Shown here piece by piece: positions 20,082 through 29,957 of a stretch of DNA of 45,956 nt. The stretch comes from an uncultured virus (IMG/VR IMGVR_UViG_3300043443_000309) (taxonomy: Duplodnaviria > Heunggongvirae > Uroviricota > Caudoviricetes). The notes beneath the pieces are model-generated. The model had not been told where the DNA came from. It saw only the letters and a list, made by a program, of their open reading frames with translations, and made no database searches. Each line of letters opens with the position of its first letter. Positions within the stretch are counted from its first letter, which is position 1. Location of the stretch: IMG/VR virus record IMGVR_UViG_3300043443_000309, one strand, 5' to 3'. The translations under genes and the position numbers were made by a program.

Positions 20082-20344
20082 GTTATGATTACAGGGAAGG
20101 AGACTTGGTTTCCATCCCTTCAAACACTACGATTGTTCAGCTATCAAAAGATAGCAATTATTCCTATGAGTATGTTTCTGCTGTTAGAGAAACAAGCAAA
20201 AAATTGATTGGAATTGTGAAGAGTGCCTTTGATGGTACCTATTGTAAGGTTATGATTATTGGAGAAGGTCTGTGGAGCATTCAGCCAAGACACCTAAGCT
20301 ATTATGAAGGAGAGCAAAATGGTAAGGCTAGTAGAAGTTTATGA
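20078..20344 (+). CDS. hypothetical protein (KOW/SH3-like)
   Basis: YREGDLV start. Confidence 0.55.
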   Translation: MSYDYREGDLVSIPSNTTIVQLSKDSNYSYEYVSAVRETSKKLIGIVKSAFDGTYCKVMIIGEGLWSIQPRHLSYYEGEQNGKASRSL

Positions 20345-20603
20345 TCAATCAGGTGTGCAAAGTAACTATGGTCTAAGGACCGTGTATGTAAACCCAAGTA
20401 ATGTTGGGGCTATTAGAGCAGATGACAATCTAAAGGTATTGCTGGAATCACAAAGAGGAATGCCGGATGGTCTTGATCCAAGGCAAGAGTTTACCAAGAT
20501 TGTATTGAACGATTCACGTTCTTCAATTACCGTTGTTGGTAATGTGGATACTGTATACACCAAGATGTTTGCAGAGCTTGGCCGTAAGTTGTTGAGGGAC
20601 TGA
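20319..20603 (+). CDS. hypothetical protein
   Basis: AAGGAG RBS. Confidence 0.6.
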   Translation: MVRLVEVYDQSGVQSNYGLRTVYVNPSNVGAIRADDNLKVLLESQRGMPDGLDPRQEFTKIVLNDSRSSITVVGNVDTVYTKMFAELGRKLLRD

Positions 20604-20604
20604 A

Positions 20605-20952
20605 ATGAGGATTGTTACAAAGCCTTGGGGTCATGAAACAATTTGGGCGGAATGCGATAGCTACGTTGGCAAGTTATTGCACATCAACCCAGATTGTAGG
20701 TTGTCTCGTCAATACCATAAAATCAAAGAAGAAACAATCATGGTTCAGTCAGGGTTGTTGAGGTTGGAAGTTGGACGAGAGCCAAATGTTGTTACTTACT
20801 TCTTGAAGCCCGGTGAAACTTATCACGTTTTGCCTCTTACAGTTCATCGGTTTTGTGCAGATAAAGATCCTGTTGTTCTTATCGAGGTAAGCACGCCGCA
20901 TTTGGATGATGTTGTTCGCATTTCGGATGATTACAAGCGATTGGATCCATAA
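20605..20952 (+). CDS. cupin, mannose-6-phosphate isomerase type 2-like
   Basis: KPWG, LSRQYH..KEET, HRF, EVSTP..DDVVR. Confidence 0.85.
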   Translation: MRIVTKPWGHETIWAECDSYVGKLLHINPDCRLSRQYHKIKEETIMVQSGLLRLEVGREPNVVTYFLKPGETYHVLPLTVHRFCADKDPVVLIEVSTPHLDDVVRISDDYKRLDP

Positions 20953-20983
20953 TAATACTACTTATTACGGGACGGTATTTAGA

Positions 20984-23236
20984 ATGAATTCATTATTTAT
21001 CTTGAGAAAACAGATTATCGCTGAGACATTGCGTGTTCTTACAGAAATCAAACTTGAACAGATGGGTTTCCCGCAGGAAATCGTTGATCGAATTCGTGCA
21101 ATTCCAGCGGCTTCAGTTTCCGAAAAGCTGAAGCCAATTGAATTTGAGCGTTACATCGCTTGGGTTGGTAGCGTGTTGAAAAGCGATAGAGCAGGTTCGC
21201 TTTATCTTGTTTATCCAATGAGAGAAGCGTATAACCAAGTCAATAGTCTTGTTTCTGCTAAGCTTGCAAATACTTTGATCAAGACAGACCCGGATAGTCT
21301 TGAAAACTTTGATAAGATCGATCAAGAAAATTACAGACAAGTCATAAAAGACCTTGTTCAAGCTGTCAATCCAGATAACCGTACTTCACTACCTAAGCTC
21401 TTGAAGTTTGCTAAGCAACTAAATGGATTTTTTACCGGATACCTTCCCAAACGAGGCGTGAAAGTACCAGAAAGCTTTCTGGAACAAATCAATTCAATTT
21501 CACAAAAGCTGATCGATGCATACTTCGAAGAATTTGCAGGTCGCAATTCATTTGCTATTGCTGATTCAATGGTTTCGAATAAATTCGCATACTTTACAAG
21601 CTTTCTTGAAAAAATGAACTTGGATGATTATAATTCAATTGCCGCTTTTGAAGCAGCAGTTGAAGAAGCTAATGGAAACATCGAAGTTGAAAAGTATGCT
21701 CTCCAAATCAAAGGTATGCCAAAAGGCTTTTACTGGTATAACTTGAATGTCTCACAATGTAACATCGAAGCAAAGCGCATGGGCCATTGTGGTACCGACA
21801 GCAGAGGCGATTTGTATTCTCTAAGAAGCAAATCTCCAAATGCCGCTTTCTCCGAGTCACATGTTACCATCAGCTATAACGAGAGTGAATCGACTGTTTA
21901 TCAAGTCAAGGGATCTGGAAACTCTGTGCCGATTGAAAAGTATTGGCCTATGATTGCAGCTTTCTTCAATGCTCTAAATGTTCAGAAGTCAGAAGAAAGC
22001 GGTCAATACTCTGATGAAGACTTTGAACCTTTGAATGAGTACCTAAGACAGAATACCAATGCTTCAATCAATAGTCCATTCGATGATCTTATCAAGGACG
22101 TTGAATCTGATTTGCAATCGCTAAAGTACTACATGAAAGACCGAAATCTTCCAGCAGACATGTCTACAGTTTTATTTTCTAAGAGACATGACTCTGACAA
22201 CTATAGCGTCATTGCCACGGTCAATTACCACTTTGTTGTCCCATCAGAAGCAATCACATCAGAGACTTCATTTCAACGAATGAGCAATGATGTAGCCGAT
22301 TTCACAAATGAATTTATTGAACAGCTTTTGAGAAACGAATCTTACGAGGCTTATCAGAATACTATTGTTGAGACTAACCTATCAGTCGTTTCCGAAAAGA
22401 ACAATAAACAAACAATCGAGATTCAAACTACAGCCACTCTTGATTTGGAGGATTCCGGACGTGATTATGGTGACCTAAAAGAACTGTTCAAAGATTACAA
22501 AGTTGCAATCAGAGACTTGTTTATAACTTCTACAATAGAGGAGTATGCTGAAGAATGCAAGAAAGCAATCGAAATGTTGTACGAGAAAGAACATTTGATC
22601 CAACCAGCAGGATTTGGAGAATCGCTTGCACAGTTGAAAGAGAAACTAATCAAGAATCCACACGTTTCTTTGTCTCCAAAATCAACTGGTGCTAAGATCA
22701 ACATTATTCAAACTTCTAACAATCTATACTCTTTCATATATGATTTCGATGAATACTTTGATGCAATCCCGGCAATGAAAGAAGGGGTCAAGAACTCGTA
22801 TTCGATCACTCATGGACTTACTGCATACTTCAAGAACAATGCTATCAAGATTGTGCTGGATTTCTTGAAAGCTTCAGAATCTTTGATTGCAGATCAGTTG
22901 GATTTCTTCCGTTCTGGCAAAGAACAAATCAACATGGAAACTGTCGCTGATACCATGGTTATCGATGTATACGGTAAGGGCGAAGAAAACTTCAAGATTG
23001 ATCTAGCCTTTCAAGTTAGCAACACTTCCAGTTTGAATGACGTTGCTTCTGTCGTTGCGGCTGTCGAGTTCCTAACCGAAAACTACTCGTACTTCTTGGA
23101 ATACCTTGACAAGCTAGCCGACCAGAAGCTAGAAGATGCTCTGAGATACATGGAGAAGATGGCTATCAAAAACCCGAAGGGCGATGTACCCAGCTCTAAT
23201 GAAATTGCTATGATCTTGGCGCGCAGGACCAACTAA
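20984..23236 (+). CDS. large late protein with a PcfJ-like segment
   Basis: Preceded by ACTACTTA; EAKRMGHC..LYSLR..HVTI..QVKG.GN. Confidence 0.65.
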   Translation: MNSLFILRKQIIAETLRVLTEIKLEQMGFPQEIVDRIRAIPAASVSEKLKPIEFERYIAWVGSVLKSDRAGSLYLVYPMREAYNQVNSLVSAKLANTLIKTDPDSLENFDKIDQENYRQVIKDLVQAVNPDNRTSLPKLLKFAKQLNGFFTGYLPKRGVKVPESFLEQINSISQKLIDAYFEEFAGRNSFAIADSMVSNKFAYFTSFLEKMNLDDYNSIAAFEAAVEEANGNIEVEKYALQIKGMPKGFYWYNLNVSQCNIEAKRMGHCGTDSRGDLYSLRSKSPNAAFSESHVTISYNESESTVYQVKGSGNSVPIEKYWPMIAAFFNALNVQKSEESGQYSDEDFEPLNEYLRQNTNASINSPFDDLIKDVESDLQSLKYYMKDRNLPADMSTVLFSKRHDSDNYSVIATVNYHFVVPSEAITSETSFQRMSNDVADFTNEFIEQLLRNESYEAYQNTIVETNLSVVSEKNNKQTIEIQTTATLDLEDSGRDYGDLKELFKDYKVAIRDLFITSTIEEYAEECKKAIEMLYEKEHLIQPAGFGESLAQLKEKLIKNPHVSLSPKSTGAKINIIQTSNNLYSFIYDFDEYFDAIPAMKEGVKNSYSITHGLTAYFKNNAIKIVLDFLKASESLIADQLDFFRSGKEQINMETVADTMVIDVYGKGEENFKIDLAFQVSNTSSLNDVASVVAAVEFLTENYSYFLEYLDKLADQKLEDALRYMEKMAIKNPKGDVPSSNEIAMILARRTN

Positions 23237-23238
23237 CA

Positions 23239-23637
23239 ATGAAAAGCAACTTTTATAGCACATACGAAAAGTTTACAAAATCGATGGGCCACTATAAATC
23301 AAAGGAAGTCTTTGATTTATTGAAAGAAGCCGAAGGTGACGCGAGACACTTTAGCATCGATCTTCGTTTGACAATTGACGATAACATCGGCGGCAACATC
23401 GAGGATAAGCTTATTAGGATCCGCTCTATTGATGGTGTCACAATCGTGTCGCCACAGGAAAACTACGATCAGAGTGGTGTCTATACCGTCCGCATAAAGT
23501 TCCACCCGCTGCTTGACTCCATGCGCCCAGTGACTTACATTAGGACTGTTCTGCTGCCCCAGATAAACTCCAACACCCAAAATCCGGGTGTCAAGGTTGC
23601 GGGTGTGTTGGACAACACTTACAAGAGACTGAACTAA
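23239..23637 (+). CDS. hypothetical protein
   Basis: IRSIDGVTIV motif; packed in the late operon. Confidence 0.6.
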   Translation: MKSNFYSTYEKFTKSMGHYKSKEVFDLLKEAEGDARHFSIDLRLTIDDNIGGNIEDKLIRIRSIDGVTIVSPQENYDQSGVYTVRIKFHPLLDSMRPVTYIRTVLLPQINSNTQNPGVKVAGVLDNTYKRLN

Positions 23638-24074
23638 TGTCCGAGATCAAAATCAAGGTTGGCGGCTCCAAGGAAAATAACCCAGAGGAGTCGCCTTTTG
23701 TCGTCAAGGCTATCATTATTGACTATGATGGTCGAGTATTGATGGTTCGTAGAACTTCAACGGCCCCTTCCTTCCCGAACCTATGGGATCTTCCCGGTGG
23801 TCACATTCATGTTGGCGAAAACAAGATTGATGGTTTGTACCGAGAAGTCAAAGAAGAAACAGGTGTTCTTATTGTCAAAAGCGAAGTAAGACCAATTGCC
23901 AACATGGGAACTCAAACATTCTATTATGTTCCAAAGTCGAATGTTTATGGCGGCATCAAGCTTAGCTTTGAGCATGACGATTACGCTTGGGTTGACATTG
24001 ACACAGAATTGGAACAATACCCGTGTGGTCCAAACTACATGAAAGTGCTAACATACATTGCTAAGTTGCTGTAG
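23637..24074 (+). CDS. NUDIX hydrolase
   Basis: LPGG..GE..REVKEETG Nudix box. Confidence 0.9.
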   Translation: MSEIKIKVGGSKENNPEESPFVVKAIIIDYDGRVLMVRRTSTAPSFPNLWDLPGGHIHVGENKIDGLYREVKEETGVLIVKSEVRPIANMGTQTFYYVPKSNVYGGIKLSFEHDDYAWVDIDTELEQYPCGPNYMKVLTYIAKLL

Positions 24075-24112
24075 CAAGCAACTATTTAGTTTATACATTC
24101 GGAGGGCCGAGA

Positions 24113-24406
24113 ATGGCAGCAACTCGCAATGGAGCTAGCACAACCTTAGACTTTTCAGTCATTGGTGTCAGAGAACTAATCGCCATAGTGGGCGTCGTCG
24201 CAGCACTATCAGGCTTCTACTACACCACAAAGCTTCGTATTGATAATCTAGAACAAAATAGTGGTAACACTGGTGAAATCGAAAGGCGTGTTATAGCGTT
24301 GGAAGAAAGAACCAAATCGATGGATGAAAAGATTGAATTCATCTATCAAGCTACTGCTTGGAACCTTCGACAACAACAAGAAGCTCCGAAGGGACCGAAA
24401 AAATGA
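24113..24406 (+). CDS. small TM plus coiled-coil protein
   Basis: One TM segment then heptads; ACTATTTA upstream. Confidence 0.6.
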   Translation: MAATRNGASTTLDFSVIGVRELIAIVGVVAALSGFYYTTKLRIDNLEQNSGNTGEIERRVIALEERTKSMDEKIEFIYQATAWNLRQQQEAPKGPKK

Positions 24407-25101
24407 AAAGGCTATTTGCTCTAGCTTTGGTTGCTTTGAGCATGGCTTGTCGAGGGACTTATGACAAATCAGAAGTGTCTATCCCCTCGGCAGAAGAGAT
24501 GGTGTATTATCTGCAAGTTCCCGAAGCGAAAAGCAGAGAAAGCGTAATCAGCATCGACGTTATGACTTCAAACGGATCGGTCGGGTCAGGCTCAGGAGCG
24601 TATGTTCGTTATAGAGGACAAGACGTTATCATTACAGCCGCTCACGTTGTTGAAGACGCCGTTGTTGTGCTTATCTCAGCACACGGACAAGTTGCAGAAG
24701 CCACGGTTGCTTTGGTTGATGCAGGCAGAGACTTTGCTATTCTCCGAGTTCCAAAGCTTGATCATGTCAAGCCTATACGTTTTACAGCACCTTCGACCAC
24801 TAGTTTCGCTATCGGCGAACAATTACTGTATACAGGCTTTCCAAATAGATTTGGGCCTCTTACAATCAAAGGTAGCATTGCTGCTTTTTATGGCGCAGAC
24901 ACAATAATAATGCAATCATACGCTTGGTCAGGTGCCTCTGGTTCGCTGGTACTAGACAAAGGCGGTAATGTTGTGGGGATTTTGACAGCAATCGAAATCT
25001 TGCAAGCTGGTAAAGGCCAGCTTATCAATAACCCAAACATTGTTTATGTGAATGTGATCGATAAAGAATTTTTGGATGTGTTAGATGACCTACTTGATTA
25101 G
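24403..25101 (+). CDS. trypsin-like serine protease, lipoprotein signal
   Basis: LSMAC lipobox; TAAHV, DFAIL, GASGS. Confidence 0.88.
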   Translation: MKRLFALALVALSMACRGTYDKSEVSIPSAEEMVYYLQVPEAKSRESVISIDVMTSNGSVGSGSGAYVRYRGQDVIITAAHVVEDAVVVLISAHGQVAEATVALVDAGRDFAILRVPKLDHVKPIRFTAPSTTSFAIGEQLLYTGFPNRFGPLTIKGSIAAFYGADTIIMQSYAWSGASGSLVLDKGGNVVGILTAIEILQAGKGQLINNPNIVYVNVIDKEFLDVLDDLLD

Positions 25102-25372
25102 TGTTGCACTTGTATTATCTTTAGCTGGTAACTGGTATTATTACAGGAAGGCCAAGAATTTTGATAATCTTGTGACCACTCTAAAATCCGAAATCGTAGT
25201 CTTGGAAAAGATGTATGATGATTTATCCAAGGAGTACAACGATTTTGTTGATTTCGTTGACAAAGAAGAGCAGAAAATGCAAGACCAAGCTGGCATCAAT
25301 CTCTTGAAGCAGTTAGAAGAAGAGATAATGTCTGAAGCATTGAGACTAATAAAACCAGTTTATGAGGCGTAA
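25085..25372 (+). CDS. TM plus coiled-coil protein
   Basis: N-terminal TM segment. Confidence 0.6.
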   Translation: MTYLISVALVLSLAGNWYYYRKAKNFDNLVTTLKSEIVVLEKMYDDLSKEYNDFVDFVDKEEQKMQDQAGINLLKQLEEEIMSEALRLIKPVYEA

Positions 25373-25374
25373 TA

Positions 25375-26385
25375 ATGATTTATGTATTCGACATTGACGG
25401 GACGCTAACTCCCGCTAGACAACCTATGACTACCGAATTTATGCATCTGTTCTTGGACTTTTGCCGCGTCAATCGCGTATACCTCTGCACAGGCTCAGAT
25501 TGGGAGAAAGTACTTGAACAAGTTCCAAATGTTATTGTGGATACTGTTGAAGGCATCTTCACTTGTTCTGGCAACTCTTTGTGGATTGACAGAGAAGAAA
25601 AGAAGCAATTTCGTAACGATTTTACCCCTCCAGAGAAACTATTGGAAACTCTTGCCAAATACATCGAAGGCTCAAAGTTTCCATACCGTACAGGGAAACA
25701 CTTTGAATTCCGTACCGGAATGATGAACTTCTCTATTGTCGGTCGTTCTTGCAGTAAAGATCAAAGAAAAGAATACCACTCTTGGGATGAAAAGAACCAC
25801 GAAAGAAAGATAATCGCTTCTGAGCTTAGAGCTAAGTTTCCTTCATTGGACTTCAACATTGGTGGCGAGATTAGCATTGACATTCATCCAAAGGGATACG
25901 ATAAGTCAAGAGCAATCAAGATTATCAAGCAATTGAATGAGGGAGCAACTGTCCACTTCTTTGGTGACAAGATGCATCCCGGTGGTAACGACTATCCCGT
26001 TCTCAGAGAGATAGGTGAGAACGATGACTATAGCCATGTACAAGATTGGCAAGCAACAAGGGACATTCTTTCGAAACTAATGAATGTCGATACCAACATC
26101 GAAAAGCTAAAGCCAAAGCCTTCTGTTCGCTTGGCCCCAAGAGGAATTGAAACATTCACCGTTTGTCGCAGAAAAGACGAAACAGGTGTGTCAGGCACCG
26201 GAGTTGTGATTGAAGGCGTGGAATTCGGAACCGGGCAGGTCGTATTGCATTGGCTTCTTCCCTCGCCCCGTGGTAGCATTGCGGTATTTGATAGCATGAA
26301 AGACTTCCTAGAGATACATGTAAAGAGCCATCCAACCAACAAAACAATCATAACTTGGTCTGATGGTCGCCAAGAAGAATACTGA
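25375..26385 (+). CDS. HAD-IIB phosphomannomutase (eukaryotic type) with extra C-terminal domain
   Basis: FDIDGTLT, EFRTGMMNFSIVGR, GGEISID, FFGDK..GGND. Confidence 0.88.
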   Translation: MIYVFDIDGTLTPARQPMTTEFMHLFLDFCRVNRVYLCTGSDWEKVLEQVPNVIVDTVEGIFTCSGNSLWIDREEKKQFRNDFTPPEKLLETLAKYIEGSKFPYRTGKHFEFRTGMMNFSIVGRSCSKDQRKEYHSWDEKNHERKIIASELRAKFPSLDFNIGGEISIDIHPKGYDKSRAIKIIKQLNEGATVHFFGDKMHPGGNDYPVLREIGENDDYSHVQDWQATRDILSKLMNVDTNIEKLKPKPSVRLAPRGIETFTVCRRKDETGVSGTGVVIEGVEFGTGQVVLHWLLPSPRGSIAVFDSMKDFLEIHVKSHPTNKTIITWSDGRQEEY

Positions 26386-26408
26386 AACTACTTATTTGGA
26401 GGTGGCAA

Positions 26409-27326
26409 ATGACTTTTGGTTCTAAATGGAGCGGTTATGTCCGCGATCTGAATGAAATCGAAGAATTCCAGCGCAAGATGCGTGCCGGTCACGCTGCCAA
26501 GAAAAGAACCAACATAGGTTTGGGCGGTGGTCAAAACACCCCGCCATTCACTCTCAGACCGTCTTATAAGCGATCCAAGTCTGCTCCCCCACTAGGTGAA
26601 TCGATAAGCGAAGAAGTCTCCCCAGAGGCTCTAAAATCGTTTTCTATGAAGGATACACTTGATCCTAACTTTTGGGAGGGTGATAAGCTAAAGCCCGAGG
26701 TAGCAGAAAAGATCCTTTCAATCGTAAATGACTTTCTTTCGTCGGTTGAAATCTCGCTAACTCCAGAAGACATAAATCTCACAGGTTCTATCGCGAACTA
26801 TAACTGGTCAGAGTATTCTGATGTTGATGTTCACATTGTTGTTGACTATTCCAAGATCGATGAGAACCAAGAATTATTGAAGTCTTTGTTCCGCTCGCTC
26901 GGCACAACATGGAATGATAAGCATAAGATCAAGCTATTTGATCGCGAGGTTGAAATCTACATTCAGGACGTAACCGAAGAACACCATTCAACGGGCGTTT
27001 ATTCTGTTGAACAAGATCGCTGGATTACCAAGCCAAAGAAGAAGACATTGGACATTGATCGTCAAAAGGTTCTTTCAAAGGCAGAAGCCGAGGTCGAAAG
27101 AATTGATGCTATCGAAGATGTTGTGAAGGAAGGCGATTTTATCGAAGCCGTTGAAATGGCCAAGAAACTAAAGAAAAGATTGAAGAAGCTAAGACAAAGC
27201 GGCCTTTCGAAAGAAGGCGAGTTCTCTATTGAGAATTTGGTGTTCAAGGTTCTTCGACGTTCTGGAGAAATCGAAAGATTGCACGATCTAGCTGATCAAG
27301 CCTACGACTTGGCGATGTCTTTGTAA
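26409..27326 (+). CDS. Pol-beta superfamily nucleotidyltransferase
   Basis: TGSIANYNWSEYSDVDVH, VEIY; ACTACTTA upstream. Confidence 0.8.
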   Translation: MTFGSKWSGYVRDLNEIEEFQRKMRAGHAAKKRTNIGLGGGQNTPPFTLRPSYKRSKSAPPLGESISEEVSPEALKSFSMKDTLDPNFWEGDKLKPEVAEKILSIVNDFLSSVEISLTPEDINLTGSIANYNWSEYSDVDVHIVVDYSKIDENQELLKSLFRSLGTTWNDKHKIKLFDREVEIYIQDVTEEHHSTGVYSVEQDRWITKPKKKTLDIDRQKVLSKAEAEVERIDAIEDVVKEGDFIEAVEMAKKLKKRLKKLRQSGLSKEGEFSIENLVFKVLRRSGEIERLHDLADQAYDLAMSL

Positions 27327-27342
27327 ATCGGATGTAAAGCAC

Positions 27343-27371
27343 TTGACGCCCATTCACGGACAGGCTATACT
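27343..27371 (+). promoter_or_regulatory. early promoter
   Basis: TTGACG-N17-TATACT. Confidence 0.7.
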
Positions 27372-27390
27372 GTATGGGAATGGTGATGAT

Positions 27391-27894
27391 GTGGAACTGA
27401 CGAACTACAAAACGCTAAAGCTTGATGCTAGCTGGCAACCGTTGGACATTATTCCTGCGTTTGACGCACTGATTATGTCTATGGACGATAAGTGTATGAT
27501 TGTTGAGACTTGGGATCGTAAGATCCGTTCTCAATACAAGTCATTTGATCTTCCATCTGTTATCGTGTTGAAGAACTATCGTGCTTCAAAGGCACATAAG
27601 ACTAAATGCACAAAACAAAACATCATTGTCCGCGATAATAACACTTGTCAATACTGTGGTCGTTCTGATTGTAAAATGACAATTGACCATGTTATTCCAC
27701 GCTCCAAAGGTGGCAAGTTTTCATGGGAGAACCTTGTAACTGCTTGTCCCTCTTGTAATCAAAAGAAGGGAGATAGAAGCTTACAAGACGTAAACATGAG
27801 ACTTCTTAGCATTCCTAACGAACCAAAATACCAATTGTTCAAGAGAAGAGTGCTAAATCCCGGTGAAGAGTGGCAACAATACATGGGGGCATAG
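27391..27894 (+). CDS. HNH endonuclease (McrA/HNH_5-like)
   Basis: RDNNTCQYCG, TIDHVIPRSKGG, WENLVTAC..CNQKK. Confidence 0.9.
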   Translation: MELTNYKTLKLDASWQPLDIIPAFDALIMSMDDKCMIVETWDRKIRSQYKSFDLPSVIVLKNYRASKAHKTKCTKQNIIVRDNNTCQYCGRSDCKMTIDHVIPRSKGGKFSWENLVTACPSCNQKKGDRSLQDVNMRLLSIPNEPKYQLFKRRVLNPGEEWQQYMGA

Positions 27895-28433
27895 TGTCTA
27901 GTAATCGAAACGAAACTCGTATTGAGCGTTATACTAAGAAGCTTGGGAATGCAAAGACTTTCCCTATTTCAGTAGCAACAGTCAACTTCATGTTTGATGA
28001 AAACCTTGGCTTTGTTGTTCGTTCTGCTGCTTGTTTCGGAGCAGAAGCGGTCCATGTTATCGGTTCTACTCCAAACAAAGCAGTACTGAAAAGCAAGAGT
28101 GGATCAACTGACCACTTTGTCACCATCATTCAGCATCAAACACCATCCGATTTCTTGGAATGGTGTCGGAACAACAATGTATCTGTTGTTTCGGCTGAAC
28201 TAAACGATAGTGCTGTTGAGCTAACAGACTATCATCCAACCTTTGACAAGCATGTTTGTATTGTTGTTGGGCACGAGGAAACCGGCGTTCCTGCTGAGAT
28301 TTCTGCCCATTCTGACAACGTATACATTGAGATGCCCGGTGTCGGCTTTTGTTTGAATACTTCTCAAACAGCCAACATCATGCTCCACAATCTCACACAG
28401 AAGTATCGTGCAACGAATTTTCTTCATGCTTGA
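27894..28433 (+). CDS. SpoU/TrmH-family RNA methyltransferase
   Basis: ENLGFVVRSAACFG, VVGHEETGV, IEMPG..CLN. Confidence 0.88.
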   Translation: MSSNRNETRIERYTKKLGNAKTFPISVATVNFMFDENLGFVVRSAACFGAEAVHVIGSTPNKAVLKSKSGSTDHFVTIIQHQTPSDFLEWCRNNNVSVVSAELNDSAVELTDYHPTFDKHVCIVVGHEETGVPAEISAHSDNVYIEMPGVGFCLNTSQTANIMLHNLTQKYRATNFLHA

Positions 28434-28474
28434 CAACTTTTCGACTTGACTGTGATCCGACTGCGGGTTACAAT
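28430..28474 (+). promoter_or_regulatory. early promoter module
   Basis: TTGACA..TCGAC-TTGACT-N17-TACAAT. Confidence 0.7.
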
Positions 28475-28533
28475 ACTAACATGACGGGCGAGGAACACCA
28501 ACCCCGTTCACGCATAATAAAAGAGAGGATAAA

Positions 28534-28818
28534 ATGCGTACTTTTGCTGTTATCGGGCTTACTGCCCTTCTTGCTGCTTGCAACTTCCGTACTGCTGAGC
28601 GCGATTGCGTTTGTGAGGACGAAGCTCAGGCTGCTGCACCAACTTCCGCCGTTACTGACGGAGAGCGTACTGGAACGGAGGCCCGTGAAGTTCGCTTCCG
28701 TGATAGCGACCGTCAGGTGACTGCTTCTCCAGCTACAACCTCGACTACCGGTAGTGATGCCCCTGACGCCACTCCAAGTACTGACGCACCCGCTGGTACC
28801 GTTGAGGTCGTTCCATGA
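28534..28818 (+). CDS. small lipoprotein
   Basis: LLAAC lipobox; T/A/D-rich tail. Confidence 0.7.
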   Translation: MRTFAVIGLTALLAACNFRTAERDCVCEDEAQAAAPTSAVTDGERTGTEAREVRFRDSDRQVTASPATTSTTGSDAPDATPSTDAPAGTVEVVP

Positions 28819-29033
28819 TCTTTCGCACCCTGATCCTTGCATCCCTTCTTCTGTTCGGGTGCAAGTCCGATGATACTACCGCGCCCGACACGGCAGTAGA
28901 TTCGGATTCATCCGTCGATACTCCTGTCGATACGCCAGTAGATACGCCGGTTGACACCCCAGCGGACACTCCGGTTGATACGCCAGCCGATAGTGCCGTT
29001 GATACCGATCCAGTTGTCGATTCGGCAGTTTGA
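28815..29033 (+). CDS. small lipoprotein with DTP(V/A) repeats
   Basis: LLFGC lipobox; 12-bp tandem repeats. Confidence 0.7.
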   Translation: MIFRTLILASLLLFGCKSDDTTAPDTAVDSDSSVDTPVDTPVDTPVDTPADTPVDTPADSAVDTDPVVDSAV

Positions 29034-29039
29034 TAGGTA

Positions 29040-29064
29040 GCTCCGATGAAAGTCGGAGCATTTT
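29040..29064 (+). terminator. probable intrinsic terminator
   Basis: GCTCCGAT-GAAA-GTCGGAGC-ATTTT. Confidence 0.6.
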
Positions 29065-29098
29065 GGGAGAATGTCCCGAGCGGCAAAGGGGGCGTGCT
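29065..29098 (+). pseudogene. 5' half of a tRNA-Tyr-like gene
   Basis: GGGAGAATGTCCCGAGCGGCAAAGGGGGCGTGCT: acceptor 5' strand and Tyr-type D arm, ending at the anticodon loop. Confidence 0.75.
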
Positions 29099-29844
29099 TA
29101 TTCCCTAGTTTGGTGTCTGAGAATGTGTTTTCTAACAGCACTGTCTGAGACACCAAGCTTTTTGCCAACAGAAACATAAGATGAATCTTGTACCATTTGC
29201 TGTAATTCTTCAAGTGTGGGCCATTCGATCTTGGGTTTGGAGTAGACATAAGAACTACAAGAGCGACATCTTTTTGATCTACGCTCAACAGCAATACCGC
29301 AATCAGTACAAGTTGAGTTATTGATTTTTCTAGGTACTTTCTGCTTCTTTTCTTTATTTCTTTCGTTTGGTAGATGCTCGCAATAACGTCCACGATTCTT
29401 GCCGGAGTAGGTTTCGGTTTGGCTGTGACAATTGGGACATAAGAACCGAAGGTTTTCAAGTCTGTTATCAGTTCTGATACCATTGATGTGGTCTAGATGT
29501 AGAGAGATTTTTTGATTATTCCACTCTGAAATGTGGCACTTAGAACATTCATAGGACAATAACCCAGCTTCTAACATCCTTTTCTTCATTCTGCCGACGT
29601 TCGTATAGCTTGAATTTTCAATTAGAATTTCTTCAAGAGAGTAGATGGGGTTGTTCTTGTTCTCTCTAGTTTTCGGACTGAAGTGATTTGTTTCTACATC
29701 AAGAGCGGATACTTTCCTATGAAAAGTTGTGTAGTTGCCATTAGTAGGTTTCAATCCTAATCTAATTAGAGCCTCGCGAATAGACGAACTATTTGCGACT
29801 GCCTCTCTAAATTCAGTGTCTTCATAACGGCATTTGTCGAACAT
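29098..29844 (-). CDS. HNH endonuclease with C-terminal HTH-like domain
   Basis: LHLDHINGIRTDNRLENLRFLCPNCHSQT; VGKKLGVSDSAVRK. Confidence 0.92.
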   Translation of the reverse strand: MFDKCRYEDTEFREAVANSSSIREALIRLGLKPTNGNYTTFHRKVSALDVETNHFSPKTRENKNNPIYSLEEILIENSSYTNVGRMKKRMLEAGLLSYECSKCHISEWNNQKISLHLDHINGIRTDNRLENLRFLCPNCHSQTETYSGKNRGRYCEHLPNERNKEKKQKVPRKINNSTCTDCGIAVERRSKRCRSCSSYVYSKPKIEWPTLEELQQMVQDSSYVSVGKKLGVSDSAVRKHILRHQTRE

Positions 29845-29915
29845 GCTAAGTCTCCTTGTTGGGCCTGTAATAAATAGTTGTGTGTTCGACTAAAAGAATA
29901 AATAAACATTTTTGT

Positions 29916-29944
29916 TTGACAGACGATAAAGAAGAGATTATAAT
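29916..29944 (+). promoter_or_regulatory. promoter for tRNA-Tyr/Thr
   Basis: TTGACA-N17-TATAAT. Confidence 0.8.
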
Positions 29945-29957
29945 AATAGAACAAAAC

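Noticed and set aside
27391..27894. A sixth stub-associated mobile HNH
   Set aside because: Different HNH family, early-type promoter, coupled to the SpoU gene, and no flanking stub found
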